The notes: generated by a model not told the origin, from the letters alone. A stretch of DNA of 64,000 nucleotides from a bacterium (GCA_037138655.1 JBAXHY010000001.1:6221-70220); one strand, 5' to 3'. Positions 29,226 through 39,924 are shown, numbered from the stretch's first letter. Numbers and translations are program-made.

Positions 29226-30992
29226 TTAAGAGTGTAATCTATACACTTTACTTAGCTCATCGAGCTCTTTTACTTTTATTAGCGTTTTTGCTGTGTCTGA
29301 ATCGTCACTGCTACTAAGGCTTTCTATGAGTTGTCGTTTTTTGTTTTTTATGTACTCTGTTACCAGTCGAGAAACCAAGTGTTCGGTTTGATACGAAAGC
29401 TCGGATTCCTCTGTTGTTTGGTAGAGTTCTTCAGATAGAAGTAACAACATTTTAACATAATCTGCTATGTTTCTCAAGGAATTAAGAGAAGATGGTTCGT
29501 CTGTAAGTTCATAATCTAAATTTTCTTGCAAAAAATCACTTAAATCTTGAGCGCTCTTTTCTACAAAAACATCTTTAGGTAATCCACTTAGTATCTGTCT
29601 TAGTTCTGGAAACCTTAGCGTAATTGCAAGTAAGTGTTGCCCCATAATTTTTTGATCGCGAAGTTCGCTAGCAAGTTCTACTTCATTTTTTAAAGCTTTT
29701 AGCCGTCGCACAGGGGCAACTTCTGTTTGATTAAGTTTTTGCCTAAGCGCTTCATTGCTAATATCAATTTTTTTAGCTAACACCCCTATGTAATGATCAA
29801 GCTCTACAGGATCTTTAAGTCTTCTTACTAAGCGCAGAACCACATCTGTAAATTTACGCTTTCCTACTGCACTGGTTATATCCAGCTGAGATTCATATCT
29901 GTCCATAAGCCAGTCAATAACATACTGCGGCTTATTGATCGCTTGTTGCCAAGCTGATACATCTTTTTGTATTAATTCGTCGGGGTCTTTACCGGCTGGA
30001 ATTGTTATCATCTGCAATGTAACGCCTACATCGTTGGCTAAATCTATTGCCCGTTCTGCTGCGTTTTGACCCGCACTATCTTGGTCAAAACATAGTCTAA
30101 TGTCTGACGTGAATCGTTTTAAGGCTTTAAGGTGTTGCGCTGTCATAGCTGTTCCGGCGGTTGCGACTACGTTAGTAACCCCAACTTGATGACTAGCAAT
30201 AACATCTAAGTTCCCTTCTACTATTACTACGAATCCTAGCTTTCTTATTGATTCTTTTGCTAAATGTAGGCCGTACGCCTGACGACCTTTGTCATACAAA
30301 AGTGTTGCGGGTGTATTAATATATTTTGGTGCGTTAGGATCTGAATCTAATTGCCTAGCCGTAAATCCTACTACTGCGCCCTGTTGATCGCAAAGAGGCA
30401 CCATTAATCTTCCCCTAAACATATCGCTAGTTCCTGCAGAACGCTCAGACACTAATCCTGCTTTTTTTATTTCGTCTAATGTATAAGATTTTCCTAATAA
30501 ATACGAAAGAAGTTCTTTTCCGCCCGTAGGACTATATCCAAGTCTAAATTGCAAAATTGTCTCTTTGCTAAAAGCTCGTTTTTTACGAGTATATTCTAGC
30601 GCGCTCATATTTTTTGTTAACTGAACTTGGTAAAAACGTGCTGCCGTTTCAAGTACTGCATGCATTCGTTCTTTGGTTTTTGAATTGTCTACACCGGTAC
30701 CACCAGTTTTATATTGAGTTAAATCTACGCCCGCCTTGCGCGACAAAAGTTCTAGCGCCCCCTTAAAATCAAGCCCTTCGACTTCCATTATAAAACCAAA
30801 TACATCTCCCCCTTTGCCACTACTAAAATCATGCCATATCTGTTTTTCTGGGCTAACGACAAAACTAGGAGATTTTTCGTTAGCAAAAGGACTTAGGCCC
30901 TTAAAGTTACGTCCGGCACGTTTTAATTGAACGTATTCTGCAACGACATCTTCTATGGCAAGGCGATCTTTTATATCTGCAACGGCATCCAT
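29226..30992 (-). CDS. dnaG: DNA primase
   Basis: KYINTP, EG..D and D.D.AG TOPRIM motifs; KDPD; upstream of rpoD. Confidence 0.96.
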   Translation of the reverse strand: MDAVADIKDRLAIEDVVAEYVQLKRAGRNFKGLSPFANEKSPSFVVSPEKQIWHDFSSGKGGDVFGFIMEVEGLDFKGALELLSRKAGVDLTQYKTGGTGVDNSKTKERMHAVLETAARFYQVQLTKNMSALEYTRKKRAFSKETILQFRLGYSPTGGKELLSYLLGKSYTLDEIKKAGLVSERSAGTSDMFRGRLMVPLCDQQGAVVGFTARQLDSDPNAPKYINTPATLLYDKGRQAYGLHLAKESIRKLGFVVIVEGNLDVIASHQVGVTNVVATAGTAMTAQHLKALKRFTSDIRLCFDQDSAGQNAAERAIDLANDVGVTLQMITIPAGKDPDELIQKDVSAWQQAINKPQYVIDWLMDRYESQLDITSAVGKRKFTDVVLRLVRRLKDPVELDHYIGVLAKKIDISNEALRQKLNQTEVAPVRRLKALKNEVELASELRDQKIMGQHLLAITLRFPELRQILSGLPKDVFVEKSAQDLSDFLQENLDYELTDEPSSLNSLRNIADYVKMLLLLSEELYQTTEESELSYQTEHLVSRLVTEYIKNKKRQLIESLSSSDDSDTAKTLIKVKELDELSKVYRLHS

Positions 30993-31058
30993 ACTTATAG
31001 GTTACAGTCTTTATTGCGACAGGTACAGCATAAGCAACTATCTCGTGATATCATAAGC

Positions 31059-31679
31059 ATGATGGATCCAAACCAAATACCTCAAAATACTGGTCAATAC
31101 GACTATATTCTTAATGCTCCTACTCCTAAAAAAGCTAGTTTTTTTAGTGGCGGCAATAATGGCGGCAAAAAACAAACTATACTTTATTCGATAATATTTA
31201 TATTGGTCGTTGTAACTATTGTTGTAGTTGTACTTTCGGTTTTTATATCTGCCAATAAAAAAGATTACACTTTATATAAAAAAATTCTGGACGAACAAAC
31301 AGAAATAATTCGCATATCTGACTTAGGTTACGCAAAAGCCAGGAACGCCAGTATAAAAAATTATGCAACTTCTATTAAATCTATAACTACTAGCGAAAAA
31401 ACAGATACCCTAGCCTACCTAAAGGGCGCAGGAATTAAAATAGACGAAAAAGTACTGGCTTCTAAAAAAGACACCAACAATGACAAGATATTAGCTGCCG
31501 CAGAACAAGCAAATCAATACGACGAAAAACTTACATTAGTTTTAAATACTCTAGTAATTAGTTACCAAAAAGATATAAAAACATTAGGAAATGACGTTTC
31601 TACAAAAAATGAACGTGCGCTTATTAATACACTTCAGGCTAATGCAAAAGTTATTGCAAACGCCCAAAAAACCCAATAA
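31059..31679 (+). CDS. Membrane-anchored hypothetical protein
   Basis: Single TM plus helical domain; start moved to ATG 31059. Confidence 0.7.
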   Translation: MMDPNQIPQNTGQYDYILNAPTPKKASFFSGGNNGGKKQTILYSIIFILVVVTIVVVVLSVFISANKKDYTLYKKILDEQTEIIRISDLGYAKARNASIKNYATSIKSITTSEKTDTLAYLKGAGIKIDEKVLASKKDTNNDKILAAAEQANQYDEKLTLVLNTLVISYQKDIKTLGNDVSTKNERALINTLQANAKVIANAQKTQ

Positions 31680-31808
31680 AGTCTTCTTTCCAATAAGCAA
31701 AATCTTTCATACTTAGCGTTGGCAAAGTATGGCAAACCAACTGGGATACAAAATGGAATAAATGCGGTCGCATCCTGCGACCATGATATTTAGCTACTAA
31801 AACTATAC

Positions 31809-32141
31809 TTATTTTTCAATGACAAGATTGTAGCTATGTGTAATAAACCCTTGAACTTCTTCCCACGGTAGTTCTGCACCAAGCACTACGGTGTTCCAAT
31901 GCTTTTTGTTTAGGTGGTAACCGGGCATTACACTTACGTAAGTTTCGCGCAGTAAAATAGCTAATTGCGGGTCACATTTTAAACTTATTTGAAGAGGATC
32001 AGAATTTTCTGGTATTAAAGCAAACATCTTATCTTCGTCCCCTGCCGGTACTTTATAAACTGCGACGTCCTTACCAAAAGGATACGTTAACTTAGCATTA
32101 GGAAAACTTAAAACATACTCTTCTAGTTCTTTGTGGGTCAT
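31809..32141 (-). CDS. MmcQ/YjbR family DNA-binding protein
   Basis: YPFG, KMFAL, LKCDP and PGYHLNKKHWNTV motifs. Confidence 0.92.
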   Translation of the reverse strand: MTHKELEEYVLSFPNAKLTYPFGKDVAVYKVPAGDEDKMFALIPENSDPLQISLKCDPQLAILLRETYVSVMPGYHLNKKHWNTVVLGAELPWEEVQGFITHSYNLVIEK

Positions 32142-32695
32142 TTTTTAGATTCAAACCAATCCAAATAATACTGAAGCTCGGCAATGCTTGCCTGTACGTC
32201 TTCAAAAGCTCTGTGCGCTGAATCTTTTTCAAATACTTCGTTGTATTTTGCCTGCATCAATACTTTAAAACTACTTACATCTAGCATTCGGTAATGCAAT
32301 TTTAGTTCTAGTTCTTTCATATGTGACCTTATAAAATTGCGGTCATTATAAATACTATTGCCTGCTAAAACTGCAGGTTCGGCACCAAAATGTTGCTCTA
32401 TAAGTGCAATTATCTCGCGTTCGGCTACTTCTATAGCTTTTGCTCCGTCCAGATTTTGAATAAAATCATCTCGGTTCTGCGGATATCCCTGCCACCATAC
32501 GTTTTTTTGAATCCTATCCAATACAACATCTTTTGGTTGCTTGATTCTTGATTCATAGGTAGCTAATGTTTGTAGATTTGCATCTGTTATTTCTACTGCT
32601 ATTTCTAATATTAAGTCTTTGTCTACATCTAGACCTGTCATTTCTAGGTCTAACCACAAAAATTTTGTCGGTAATGTTGATTTATCTATTTCCAT
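32138..32695 (-). CDS. orn: Oligoribonuclease
   Basis: WLDLEMTGLD, LAGNSI..DR, HYR.LDVS and HRA..D DEDDh motifs. Confidence 0.93.
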   Translation of the reverse strand: MEIDKSTLPTKFLWLDLEMTGLDVDKDLILEIAVEITDANLQTLATYESRIKQPKDVVLDRIQKNVWWQGYPQNRDDFIQNLDGAKAIEVAEREIIALIEQHFGAEPAVLAGNSIYNDRNFIRSHMKELELKLHYRMLDVSSFKVLMQAKYNEVFEKDSAHRAFEDVQASIAELQYYLDWFESKK

Positions 32696-32711
32696 AACTA
32701 ACAGTATACAG

Positions 32712-33953
32712 CTATTGACCGAGTTGTTTAGCTACAGCTAGCCAATTTAATCTTTCTTCTACGGCTTTTTGGACTACGGCCGAAGCCTTTTGTGTAATTT
32801 TTTGTGCTCCGTTTTGGTTAGCTACTGGTGCATATTGAATGCTAAGCTTAACTTTTGATAGACCTTGATTTTGAGCATTCTGTAAACATGTGTCCTTAAA
32901 ATCAAAACAAGTTTTTCCTAACGTTATCCACTTAGCAACATTATCGTCATAAGGAATTTTGATAGTTGCATCAATACTAACACCACGCTGAGTCTCTGCA
33001 TCTATTTGATCGAATATAAAGTTTCCTAGGCTGTAAACTACCAACTTACCCTTGTAAACTTCGCTATCTTGTACCCAGTGAGGATTGTTTGCAAACAAAA
33101 ATTCAGCACCGGTATCAATGATTTGGTGAGCTATAGTTCTTTGGGTATCACTAGCCTTAGCCTGATATTCGTTACCCATTTCTACAAAACCAAACACTGG
33201 CATAATGTCCGAGAATTTTTTAACTACCGCAAGTTCATCTGCTGTTGGACCACGATTGTAATTAAAATAATGCCATGCACAAAACGCAATTGGCATAAAT
33301 GATTTTTCTTCTGATTTGTCTGTTTTTTGTAGTCTAACCGGCAGAGCAATAACTTCACAAATATCCCCTAATTTAGTAGGGTCAAAGTTACCAAAATACT
33401 GAACTCCAGAATCTTTTAAATGCTGCCGTGTTTCTTCAAGTCCTGCCTGACCACCCTGGTTGTCTGTGTGATTATTTGCTAAATCAAACAAGTTAAAATA
33501 TTTTGTTAAACCAGGCAAAAATTCTGGACGGCAGTTGAACACTAAATTATTTATCTGTGTCTCATAAGGAACAACATTATTGGTAATTGGGCACTCAAAA
33601 TCTGTAGACCAACCGTCATATGCGGCTCGATTAAAAGTATCTAACTGGCTAAAGGGCTGTGCAAAATCGCCTCTGGCGTACTTTTCTACCGCCCTAGCTA
33701 TTACGACTGTTCCATTAAATAAATATCGGCCATCGACAGATGAGTAATCAACTTTTTTTACCGTATCTTTATTTACAATTTCGGGTATTTGCACTACCTT
33801 TTCTGTGCTTTTTTTGTCTTTACTAAAAAACGTAAATGCCAAATATACTAAAACTATACACAAAATTATTCCAACTACATAAAGTGCTCGTTTATTCATA
33901 AATTTATACGAACGTTTTTTAACACTTGATTGGTTTGGTTTATGAAACTCCAC
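32712..33953 (-). CDS. CapA-family metallophosphoesterase-like protein
   Basis: LANNH..., G.EY, HPH-like NPHWVQ and YSLGNFIFDQ motifs; N-terminal TM. Confidence 0.82.
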   Translation of the reverse strand: MEFHKPNQSSVKKRSYKFMNKRALYVVGIILCIVLVYLAFTFFSKDKKSTEKVVQIPEIVNKDTVKKVDYSSVDGRYLFNGTVVIARAVEKYARGDFAQPFSQLDTFNRAAYDGWSTDFECPITNNVVPYETQINNLVFNCRPEFLPGLTKYFNLFDLANNHTDNQGGQAGLEETRQHLKDSGVQYFGNFDPTKLGDICEVIALPVRLQKTDKSEEKSFMPIAFCAWHYFNYNRGPTADELAVVKKFSDIMPVFGFVEMGNEYQAKASDTQRTIAHQIIDTGAEFLFANNPHWVQDSEVYKGKLVVYSLGNFIFDQIDAETQRGVSIDATIKIPYDDNVAKWITLGKTCFDFKDTCLQNAQNQGLSKVKLSIQYAPVANQNGAQKITQKASAVVQKAVEERLNWLAVAKQLGQ

Positions 33954-33956
33954 TAA

Positions 33957-34343
33957 TTAAGCCTTGTCTTTAGCATCTTTCTTGAACGATAAACTAAGAG
34001 AATTTATACAATATCTTTGTCCTGATGGTTGGTCATAGGCATCATCAAAGACGTGTCCTAAATGCCCCCCACATGTTTTACATACCGCTTCTACGCGCTC
34101 CATTCCTAAAGAGCTATCTTTAATCAGCACAACCGCATCGGATTCTTTGGGTTTATAAAAACTAGGCCAACCGCTTCCACTGTCAAACTTAGTATTTGAC
34201 ATAAATAATTCAGAACCACAATTTGCACACGAATAAATACCGTTTTCAGTATTGTGCAATAATTTTCCTGATCCCGGAGCTTCAGTTGCACCAGAAAATA
34301 AAACGTCTTCTTGTTCTTTTGTTAAATTAAGATTTTTTTGCAT
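33957..34343 (-). CDS. msrB: Methionine-R-sulfoxide reductase
   Basis: CxxC, KFDSGSGWPSF, HLGHVF and RYCINS motifs. Confidence 0.96.
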   Translation of the reverse strand: MQKNLNLTKEQEDVLFSGATEAPGSGKLLHNTENGIYSCANCGSELFMSNTKFDSGSGWPSFYKPKESDAVVLIKDSSLGMERVEAVCKTCGGHLGHVFDDAYDQPSGQRYCINSLSLSFKKDAKDKA

Positions 34344-34701
34344 CGTTATCTCCTTTTTTATTTGGCCATCGCCAAAAAGGTTTTTCGCCCTTTATGTTTA
34401 GGACTATTGCAAAGGCAAATATTAGTGCCGCAAACCACATCATAGACGCAGCAATATATAAACTAAACATACCGTTTGGATTGCAGTTAATTACTACGCC
34501 TTTGTTTATAACACTTTTACAGTAAAGGTCACCGTCGTAAATTGCGCAAACATACACTAAAGGCGCTAAGCCAACAATAAAACAGACTAAAAGTACGGCC
34601 CAACCTTGCCATAGTTTTGGACTGCACCATCCCCATCCTGCTTTTTTAGCATTAAACCAAATCTGATTTTTTTGACTTAATTTTTTTACTTTTTTTGTCA
34701 T
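34327..34701 (-). CDS. Small membrane protein, hypothetical
   Basis: WF.AK..GWGW..P..WQGW followed by two TM segments. Confidence 0.7.
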   Translation of the reverse strand: MTKKVKKLSQKNQIWFNAKKAGWGWCSPKLWQGWAVLLVCFIVGLAPLVYVCAIYDGDLYCKSVINKGVVINCNPNGMFSLYIAASMMWFAALIFAFAIVLNIKGEKPFWRWPNKKGDNDAKKS

Positions 34702-34769
34702 ATATACTTACTTTTAGACTTAAGTTTATTATGCTTATAATTATAGTCTGTTTGCATATAGCTAACAAG

Positions 34770-35975
34770 CTAACGGGCCATTAAAATTCTTTCCATCGCT
34801 ACCGCTAAAGCCGCTTCTTTAATATTCATTTTTGAACTTACCGATCTGTCAAATATGTTTATTACAGCTTCTTTTAGTAAACTATTAAGCTGTTTGTTTA
34901 CCTTATTTTTCGTCCAATGTTCTTGGTTTAAATTCTGTAACCATTCTAGGTAGCTGACTATAACACCGCCTGCGTTTGCTAATATATCTGGAATAACAAT
35001 TACGCCGCGTGCTTCTAGTAATTTATGAGCTTTATCGTCAACAGGACCATTTGCTAACTCTAAAATGATCTTTGCCTTTACTAAATGAGCGTTAGATACA
35101 TTTACTACATTACCGAGTGCGGCCAAAACTAGTACGTCTACATCTGCCGCAACAAGTTCGTCATTATTAATTTTTTGTCCTATGCCGTAATCACGTAAAC
35201 GACCCCCAGATTTTTTAAAATCTTCAAGCTCAGATGGCCAAAGGCTATTTTTTTCATATATTCCACCACTACTATCTGTAGCTGCCAGCAAGCGCCAATT
35301 TTTTTGTTCTTTTGCTGCTACAAGTCCAAAAAAAGATCCAACGTTTCCAAATCCCTGAATTGCGTAGCTAATTTTTTTATCTGACTTACCTTTTAACCTA
35401 AGATATTCAGACAGTACAATAACGCCGCCACGGCCTGTTGCTGCATCGCGGCCCTCACTACCTCCTCCAGCAATGCTTTTACCAGTAAAACTTCCTCTAG
35501 TAGTATCGCCAGAAATCCTACTATATTCATCTACCATCCAATCGATTATTCTTGGATCGGTATTTACATCTGGCGCAGGTATGTCTTTATTTGGACCTAT
35601 GTGAGGAGCAAGTTTTTGTACGTATTTTCTGGACAGCTCTTCTAGTTCTTCTAAACTTAACATTTTAGGATCAACTCTAACCCCACCTTTTGCACCACCA
35701 AGCGGAATATTAACAGCCGCAGTTTTTAAGCTCATAAGTGTTGCAAGCGCTTTAACTTCGTCGCCATCTACATCTGGGTGAAACCTAATGCCGCCTTTAT
35801 ATGGTCCCCTGGCGTCACTATGCTGAACCCTAAATGCTTTATGTTTTTGTCCGTTTTTAAGAATAATATCAAACTCGTGATGCGCGTCAACTTCTAGTAT
35901 TCGCTCTATCTCTTCGCTATTAAGACCTATCTTTATTCCGACTAATTTAATTTGTTCGTGAGTAGCATGCAACAT
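34770..35975 (-). CDS. gdhA: Glu/Leu/Phe/Val dehydrogenase (glutamate dehydrogenase-like)
   Basis: GPYKGGIRF, GGAKGG, DIPAPDVNT, QGFGNVG and PDILANAGGV motifs. Confidence 0.9.
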   Translation of the reverse strand: MLHATHEQIKLVGIKIGLNSEEIERILEVDAHHEFDIILKNGQKHKAFRVQHSDARGPYKGGIRFHPDVDGDEVKALATLMSLKTAAVNIPLGGAKGGVRVDPKMLSLEELEELSRKYVQKLAPHIGPNKDIPAPDVNTDPRIIDWMVDEYSRISGDTTRGSFTGKSIAGGGSEGRDAATGRGGVIVLSEYLRLKGKSDKKISYAIQGFGNVGSFFGLVAAKEQKNWRLLAATDSSGGIYEKNSLWPSELEDFKKSGGRLRDYGIGQKINNDELVAADVDVLVLAALGNVVNVSNAHLVKAKIILELANGPVDDKAHKLLEARGVIVIPDILANAGGVIVSYLEWLQNLNQEHWTKNKVNKQLNSLLKEAVINIFDRSVSSKMNIKEAALAVAMERILMAR

Positions 35976-36043
35976 TTAATACCCCTCCTATATACATTAA
36001 TTGTACGCCGGTTAAGCAACTTATATAAACTATTGCTAAAAAA

Positions 36044-38002
36044 TTAATGTAGGGATACTTCTACCGAGCCGTCTTTGTTGTTCTTTTGAACAGGCTGGTT
36101 ATCTATTCTTGGTCGAGATTCAGTTTTAGTAGGTATTACTTCTTGTACTTTTTGCACAACTACATCTTTATTGATTGGTTCTTCGGTTTGTGTAGGTTTT
36201 TCGTTATCTACTGGTTCTTCATATTCAAAACTATTACCTTCTTCTTTGGCGAGTTTTTTGCGGTATGCCAACAAGCCTCCGACTTCTTCTACGGGTACTA
36301 TTTTTCCGTCTTGTAAAACAAAAACACTATCTACGGCAGACAAAATTGCCATATCGTGCGTAACTAATATGACCGTTTTTTCTTTGATGTTTTTTATCGC
36401 TTCTGCTACATGATTTCGTGATGACTCATCTAATGCAGATGTCGGCTCGTCAAATAATAATATTGGTGATTTTTTATAAAAAGCTCTTGCTAGGCTTATA
36501 CGCTGTTTTTGACCGCCCGATAAATCACGGTCACTGCCTATAGATAACTCTTCGTTAAATTGGTTAGGTAATGCCTGTATAAACTCTAATGCGCCCGAAC
36601 TAGCAGCTGCTTCTGTGGCTAGCTGGACATCTATAGGCTCTTCGTCTAACGTAGAAAAAGCTATATTTTCGGCGACTGTAGCACTTATAAGTTCTGGAGC
36701 TTGATCAACTAATGCAATCTTACGGCGCAAATACCCTAAATCAAATTGTTTAAGCTCTATGTCGTCTACAAAAACCTTGCCTTGGCTTGGTGCTAAGAAT
36801 CTTAATAGTATATTAAATAAAGTGCTCTTACCCGTACCTGACGCCCCTATAAGCGCTATTTTTGATCCGGCCGGAATAGTCCAAGTAACATCATTTAAGA
36901 CCGTATTTGATCCCCGATTTAAGCTTACGTTAACTAGTTTAATTTCACCTTTTAGGTTTTCTGGTCGTTCTGGGCCGCTATCCATTCGCCATTTATCGCT
37001 TACTTCGATTACGTCATACAATTTAGCAATCTGCGTTCGCTGAGTTTTCCAGCCAGCAATTGATCCGCTTAAACTTTGCAGCGGTTCTAATAAATTACCC
37101 ATATAACTAGTAAATACCAGTAAAGCACCAAACGACGTTCTACCACTAAAAACAAATGTTCCACCAATAAGTAAAACAATAGTTGATGCGACAGTATTAA
37201 TTAACGAATTAGTTGTTCCAAATAAATTACCTAGCACTGTTAATTTTACTGATTCATTATTACGATTCTTGCTTAAGTTCAAAAATCTATTTAACTGTAC
37301 TGGTTCTTTATTAAAAGCTTGTACTATGCGCACGTTTTCTACGGTTTCGCTGCTAGCTGCGTAAATTTTGTCTTCTAAATTAGTAACTACTTCGGATTGT
37401 TTTTGTAATTTTTTACTAAATATATGAGTAGATAAATAAAGTAGTGGCATAGCCGCAAACGCTATTGCCGCCAATAGTGGATTCATTATTAATAGCACTA
37501 CTATCATACCTAGCATCATTGCAACAGATCGAATTACGGTAATTACTGTACCAAAAATAAAACTAGCTACTGTACTGTACAAACCACTCAAACGATAAAG
37601 GTATTCCCCGTTTTGCATTCGGCCGGGTTCGTTATAAGGCAATACTAAAATACAACCTAAAATTTCTCGCTGTATTGCTAAATCTAGCTTTGCTTCAATT
37701 TTTTGCTGTATTAATCCTGCAACAAAACTAAAAATAGTGCCTAAGCCAAACAAAACAAAGTTCATACCGGCCACTACTAGCAGTAGTTGCTGTCTGGACG
37801 TTACCCAACTTAAATAGTTTGGTGGTGGACTGTCTCCAAAAACGCTATCGGCCAATAATTTAAATGGTATAGGCTGAATAAGCGTAAAACCTATACCAAT
37901 TGCTGCAAATATAAGTACCAATACTATGCTCATCTTCTGAGAAGCTACCCACTTGCGCAACCACTTCCCGCTTGGGTCTACTGACTTTAGCTGATCATTC
38001 AT
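36044..38002 (-). CDS. ABC exporter, fused permease and ATPase
   Basis: TM domain plus GASGTGKS, LSGGQKQR and DEPTS; start moved to ATG 38002. Confidence 0.92.
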   Translation of the reverse strand: MNDQLKSVDPSGKWLRKWVASQKMSIVLVLIFAAIGIGFTLIQPIPFKLLADSVFGDSPPPNYLSWVTSRQQLLLVVAGMNFVLFGLGTIFSFVAGLIQQKIEAKLDLAIQREILGCILVLPYNEPGRMQNGEYLYRLSGLYSTVASFIFGTVITVIRSVAMMLGMIVVLLIMNPLLAAIAFAAMPLLYLSTHIFSKKLQKQSEVVTNLEDKIYAASSETVENVRIVQAFNKEPVQLNRFLNLSKNRNNESVKLTVLGNLFGTTNSLINTVASTIVLLIGGTFVFSGRTSFGALLVFTSYMGNLLEPLQSLSGSIAGWKTQRTQIAKLYDVIEVSDKWRMDSGPERPENLKGEIKLVNVSLNRGSNTVLNDVTWTIPAGSKIALIGASGTGKSTLFNILLRFLAPSQGKVFVDDIELKQFDLGYLRRKIALVDQAPELISATVAENIAFSTLDEEPIDVQLATEAAASSGALEFIQALPNQFNEELSIGSDRDLSGGQKQRISLARAFYKKSPILLFDEPTSALDESSRNHVAEAIKNIKEKTVILVTHDMAILSAVDSVFVLQDGKIVPVEEVGGLLAYRKKLAKEEGNSFEYEEPVDNEKPTQTEEPINKDVVVQKVQEVIPTKTESRPRIDNQPVQKNNKDGSVEVSLH

Positions 38003-38176
38003 TAGCCTAACTATAACAAAGTTATACCTTAAGACGTAAGCATAATATATTTTTATAGGTGACACATTATTGACTTTTAATAAAACTTATGCTAATATAT
38101 AAATACCCTCCAAGTTGGCCAACAACGAGAAATAAAAAGTTAAACAAACATAAATAAAAAGAATCGAGAACAAATC

Positions 38177-38359
38177 ATGGGTACTAAACAATCATATGTA
38201 AATAAAAATGCAAACGTAGCTTTAAACACATTCTTAAATCCAACAGGTCCAAGTGACGCAGCAACAGCATCATTACGCGCAAAAAGAGCAGCCGACTGGA
38301 ACGCCTTTGTAACAAACTATCAGCACAGTCACGTAGCTGGTAAAAGCTCAGGCCGATAA
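38177..38359 (+). CDS. Small 60-aa protein in its own transcription unit
   Basis: TTGACT-N17-TAATAT promoter near 38070; terminator at 38373-38406. Confidence 0.65.
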   Translation: MGTKQSYVNKNANVALNTFLNPTGPSDAATASLRAKRAADWNAFVTNYQHSHVAGKSSGR

Positions 38360-38372
38360 ATACAACTAGTTA

Positions 38373-38406
38373 AAAAACAGCTCCGTTAAGGGGCTGTTTT
38401 TGTTTT
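38373..38406. terminator. Bidirectional intrinsic terminator
   Basis: AAAAACAGCTCC-GTTAA-GGGGCTGTTTTT. Confidence 0.8.
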
Positions 38407-39894
38407 GGTATTCAAAAAGTCTGCTGCGCGGTATCCTATAATACGTCGCCTATCTTCGTTCATGCGTTTTAACATAACTACAGTGGTGTTCATGTGAGTA
38501 TTTTTAGACAATGATTCGCTGTGTTTTTCTATAAAACCCCAATACAAACCGTCCCAAATATCGCACCAATCGTCTTTTTCATAATGGCTCATCTGCAAAA
38601 TATAATTACTACCACTAATATTGGGCTTTACTGTCATACCGCCCCCTTCACCGTCAGAAAACTGACTCATTCCGTAAACACCAGGAACTACTGCCCAATC
38701 GTAAGCATCAATAGTCATTTCCATAAACCATTGATAAACTTCATTTGGATTTATCTGTGATAAAAACATAATGTTGCCTATTATCATCAGGCGTTCAACA
38801 TGATGTAAATAACTACGCGCCTGCACCTTTTTAATAACGTCGTCAACTGGCGGAATTCCTGTAGTACCTTCATACCAATCCTGCGTTAGACTTCGTTTAT
38901 GCTCGTAATTATTGCTAGACCTTAAAGACACTCCTTGGGTTTGATACACCGCTCTGGTGTATTCTCGCCATCCCAATACTTGCCTTACAAATGATTCAAG
39001 ACTTGGAAGATTTACTGGTGATTTTTCGTGTCTTTGAATCGCCAAATCTACAACCTGTTTTGGAGTAAGCAAGCCTGTGTTTAATGCAGAAGAAATTGCA
39101 CTATGGTATGACCAAGGCGCTGTTCCGTCTATAGCTTCTTGGTACAATCCAAAATCTTCTAACCTATTTTTTAAAAATTCATTTAACCAAACCTCGGCTT
39201 CTTCATGGTTTGTTGCCCAGTTAAATTCCGAATCTACGCCTGGGTTATTAGGAAAGTTTTTTGCCACATAATGTCTGGCTTCTTCAACAAATTCATTACT
39301 TCCGTAAACTTCAAAAGTCGGTAATGTATGTTCTTTTGGTAGGCGTTTTCGGCTTTCTTGATCAAAGCTCCATTTTCCTCCGACTGGCTTATAGTTATCG
39401 TCAATTAATACATTAAACCGTTCGCGTTGCCACTGATAAAAATCCAAAAAAGGTTTGTTTTTTGATGAGCTTAAATAGTCTGTAACTTCTTGTTTTGTTA
39501 AATAAAAATTTGGAGTGTCTAAAAATTGAAGTTTTGGAATTTCTGGGATAGTATTAGCCGCTACCTGAAGTCTTCTTTGAAGTACATCGTCTACTACGTC
39601 AAAAACTGTTGCGCTCTCATAACCATGCAATCGCTGCAATATGTCACCACTATCTACAATATCTTTAAATTCGATATATTCTACTTCGTACCCTGCTGGC
39701 CATAAAACTTCTTTTATATAGCGCCGCATACTTGCCCTATGCAATATAAGTTTTTGCTTATGAAAAAATACTGGGTACTTTTGGTCTGTGCCAAAATACA
39801 ATGGATCTTCGATTAAAAATATAGTGCCAACGCCTTGCGGTAGATACTCTTTTTTAAATAATTGGTGAGGATAAATTAAATGTGCTGATTTCAT
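38386..39894 (-). CDS. Bacterial (6-4) photolyase/cryptochrome family protein
   Basis: HKQKL..HRASMR, FY..QR, GGKWSFD..R, RQVLGWREY and HH.ERLM motifs. Confidence 0.9.
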   Translation of the reverse strand: MKSAHLIYPHQLFKKEYLPQGVGTIFLIEDPLYFGTDQKYPVFFHKQKLILHRASMRRYIKEVLWPAGYEVEYIEFKDIVDSGDILQRLHGYESATVFDVVDDVLQRRLQVAANTIPEIPKLQFLDTPNFYLTKQEVTDYLSSSKNKPFLDFYQWQRERFNVLIDDNYKPVGGKWSFDQESRKRLPKEHTLPTFEVYGSNEFVEEARHYVAKNFPNNPGVDSEFNWATNHEEAEVWLNEFLKNRLEDFGLYQEAIDGTAPWSYHSAISSALNTGLLTPKQVVDLAIQRHEKSPVNLPSLESFVRQVLGWREYTRAVYQTQGVSLRSSNNYEHKRSLTQDWYEGTTGIPPVDDVIKKVQARSYLHHVERLMIIGNIMFLSQINPNEVYQWFMEMTIDAYDWAVVPGVYGMSQFSDGEGGGMTVKPNISGSNYILQMSHYEKDDWCDIWDGLYWGFIEKHSESLSKNTHMNTTVVMLKRMNEDRRRIIGYRAADFLNTKTKTAP

Positions 39895-39924
39895 TACTTA
39901 CCATTGTGACATAAGCGTAATGAT

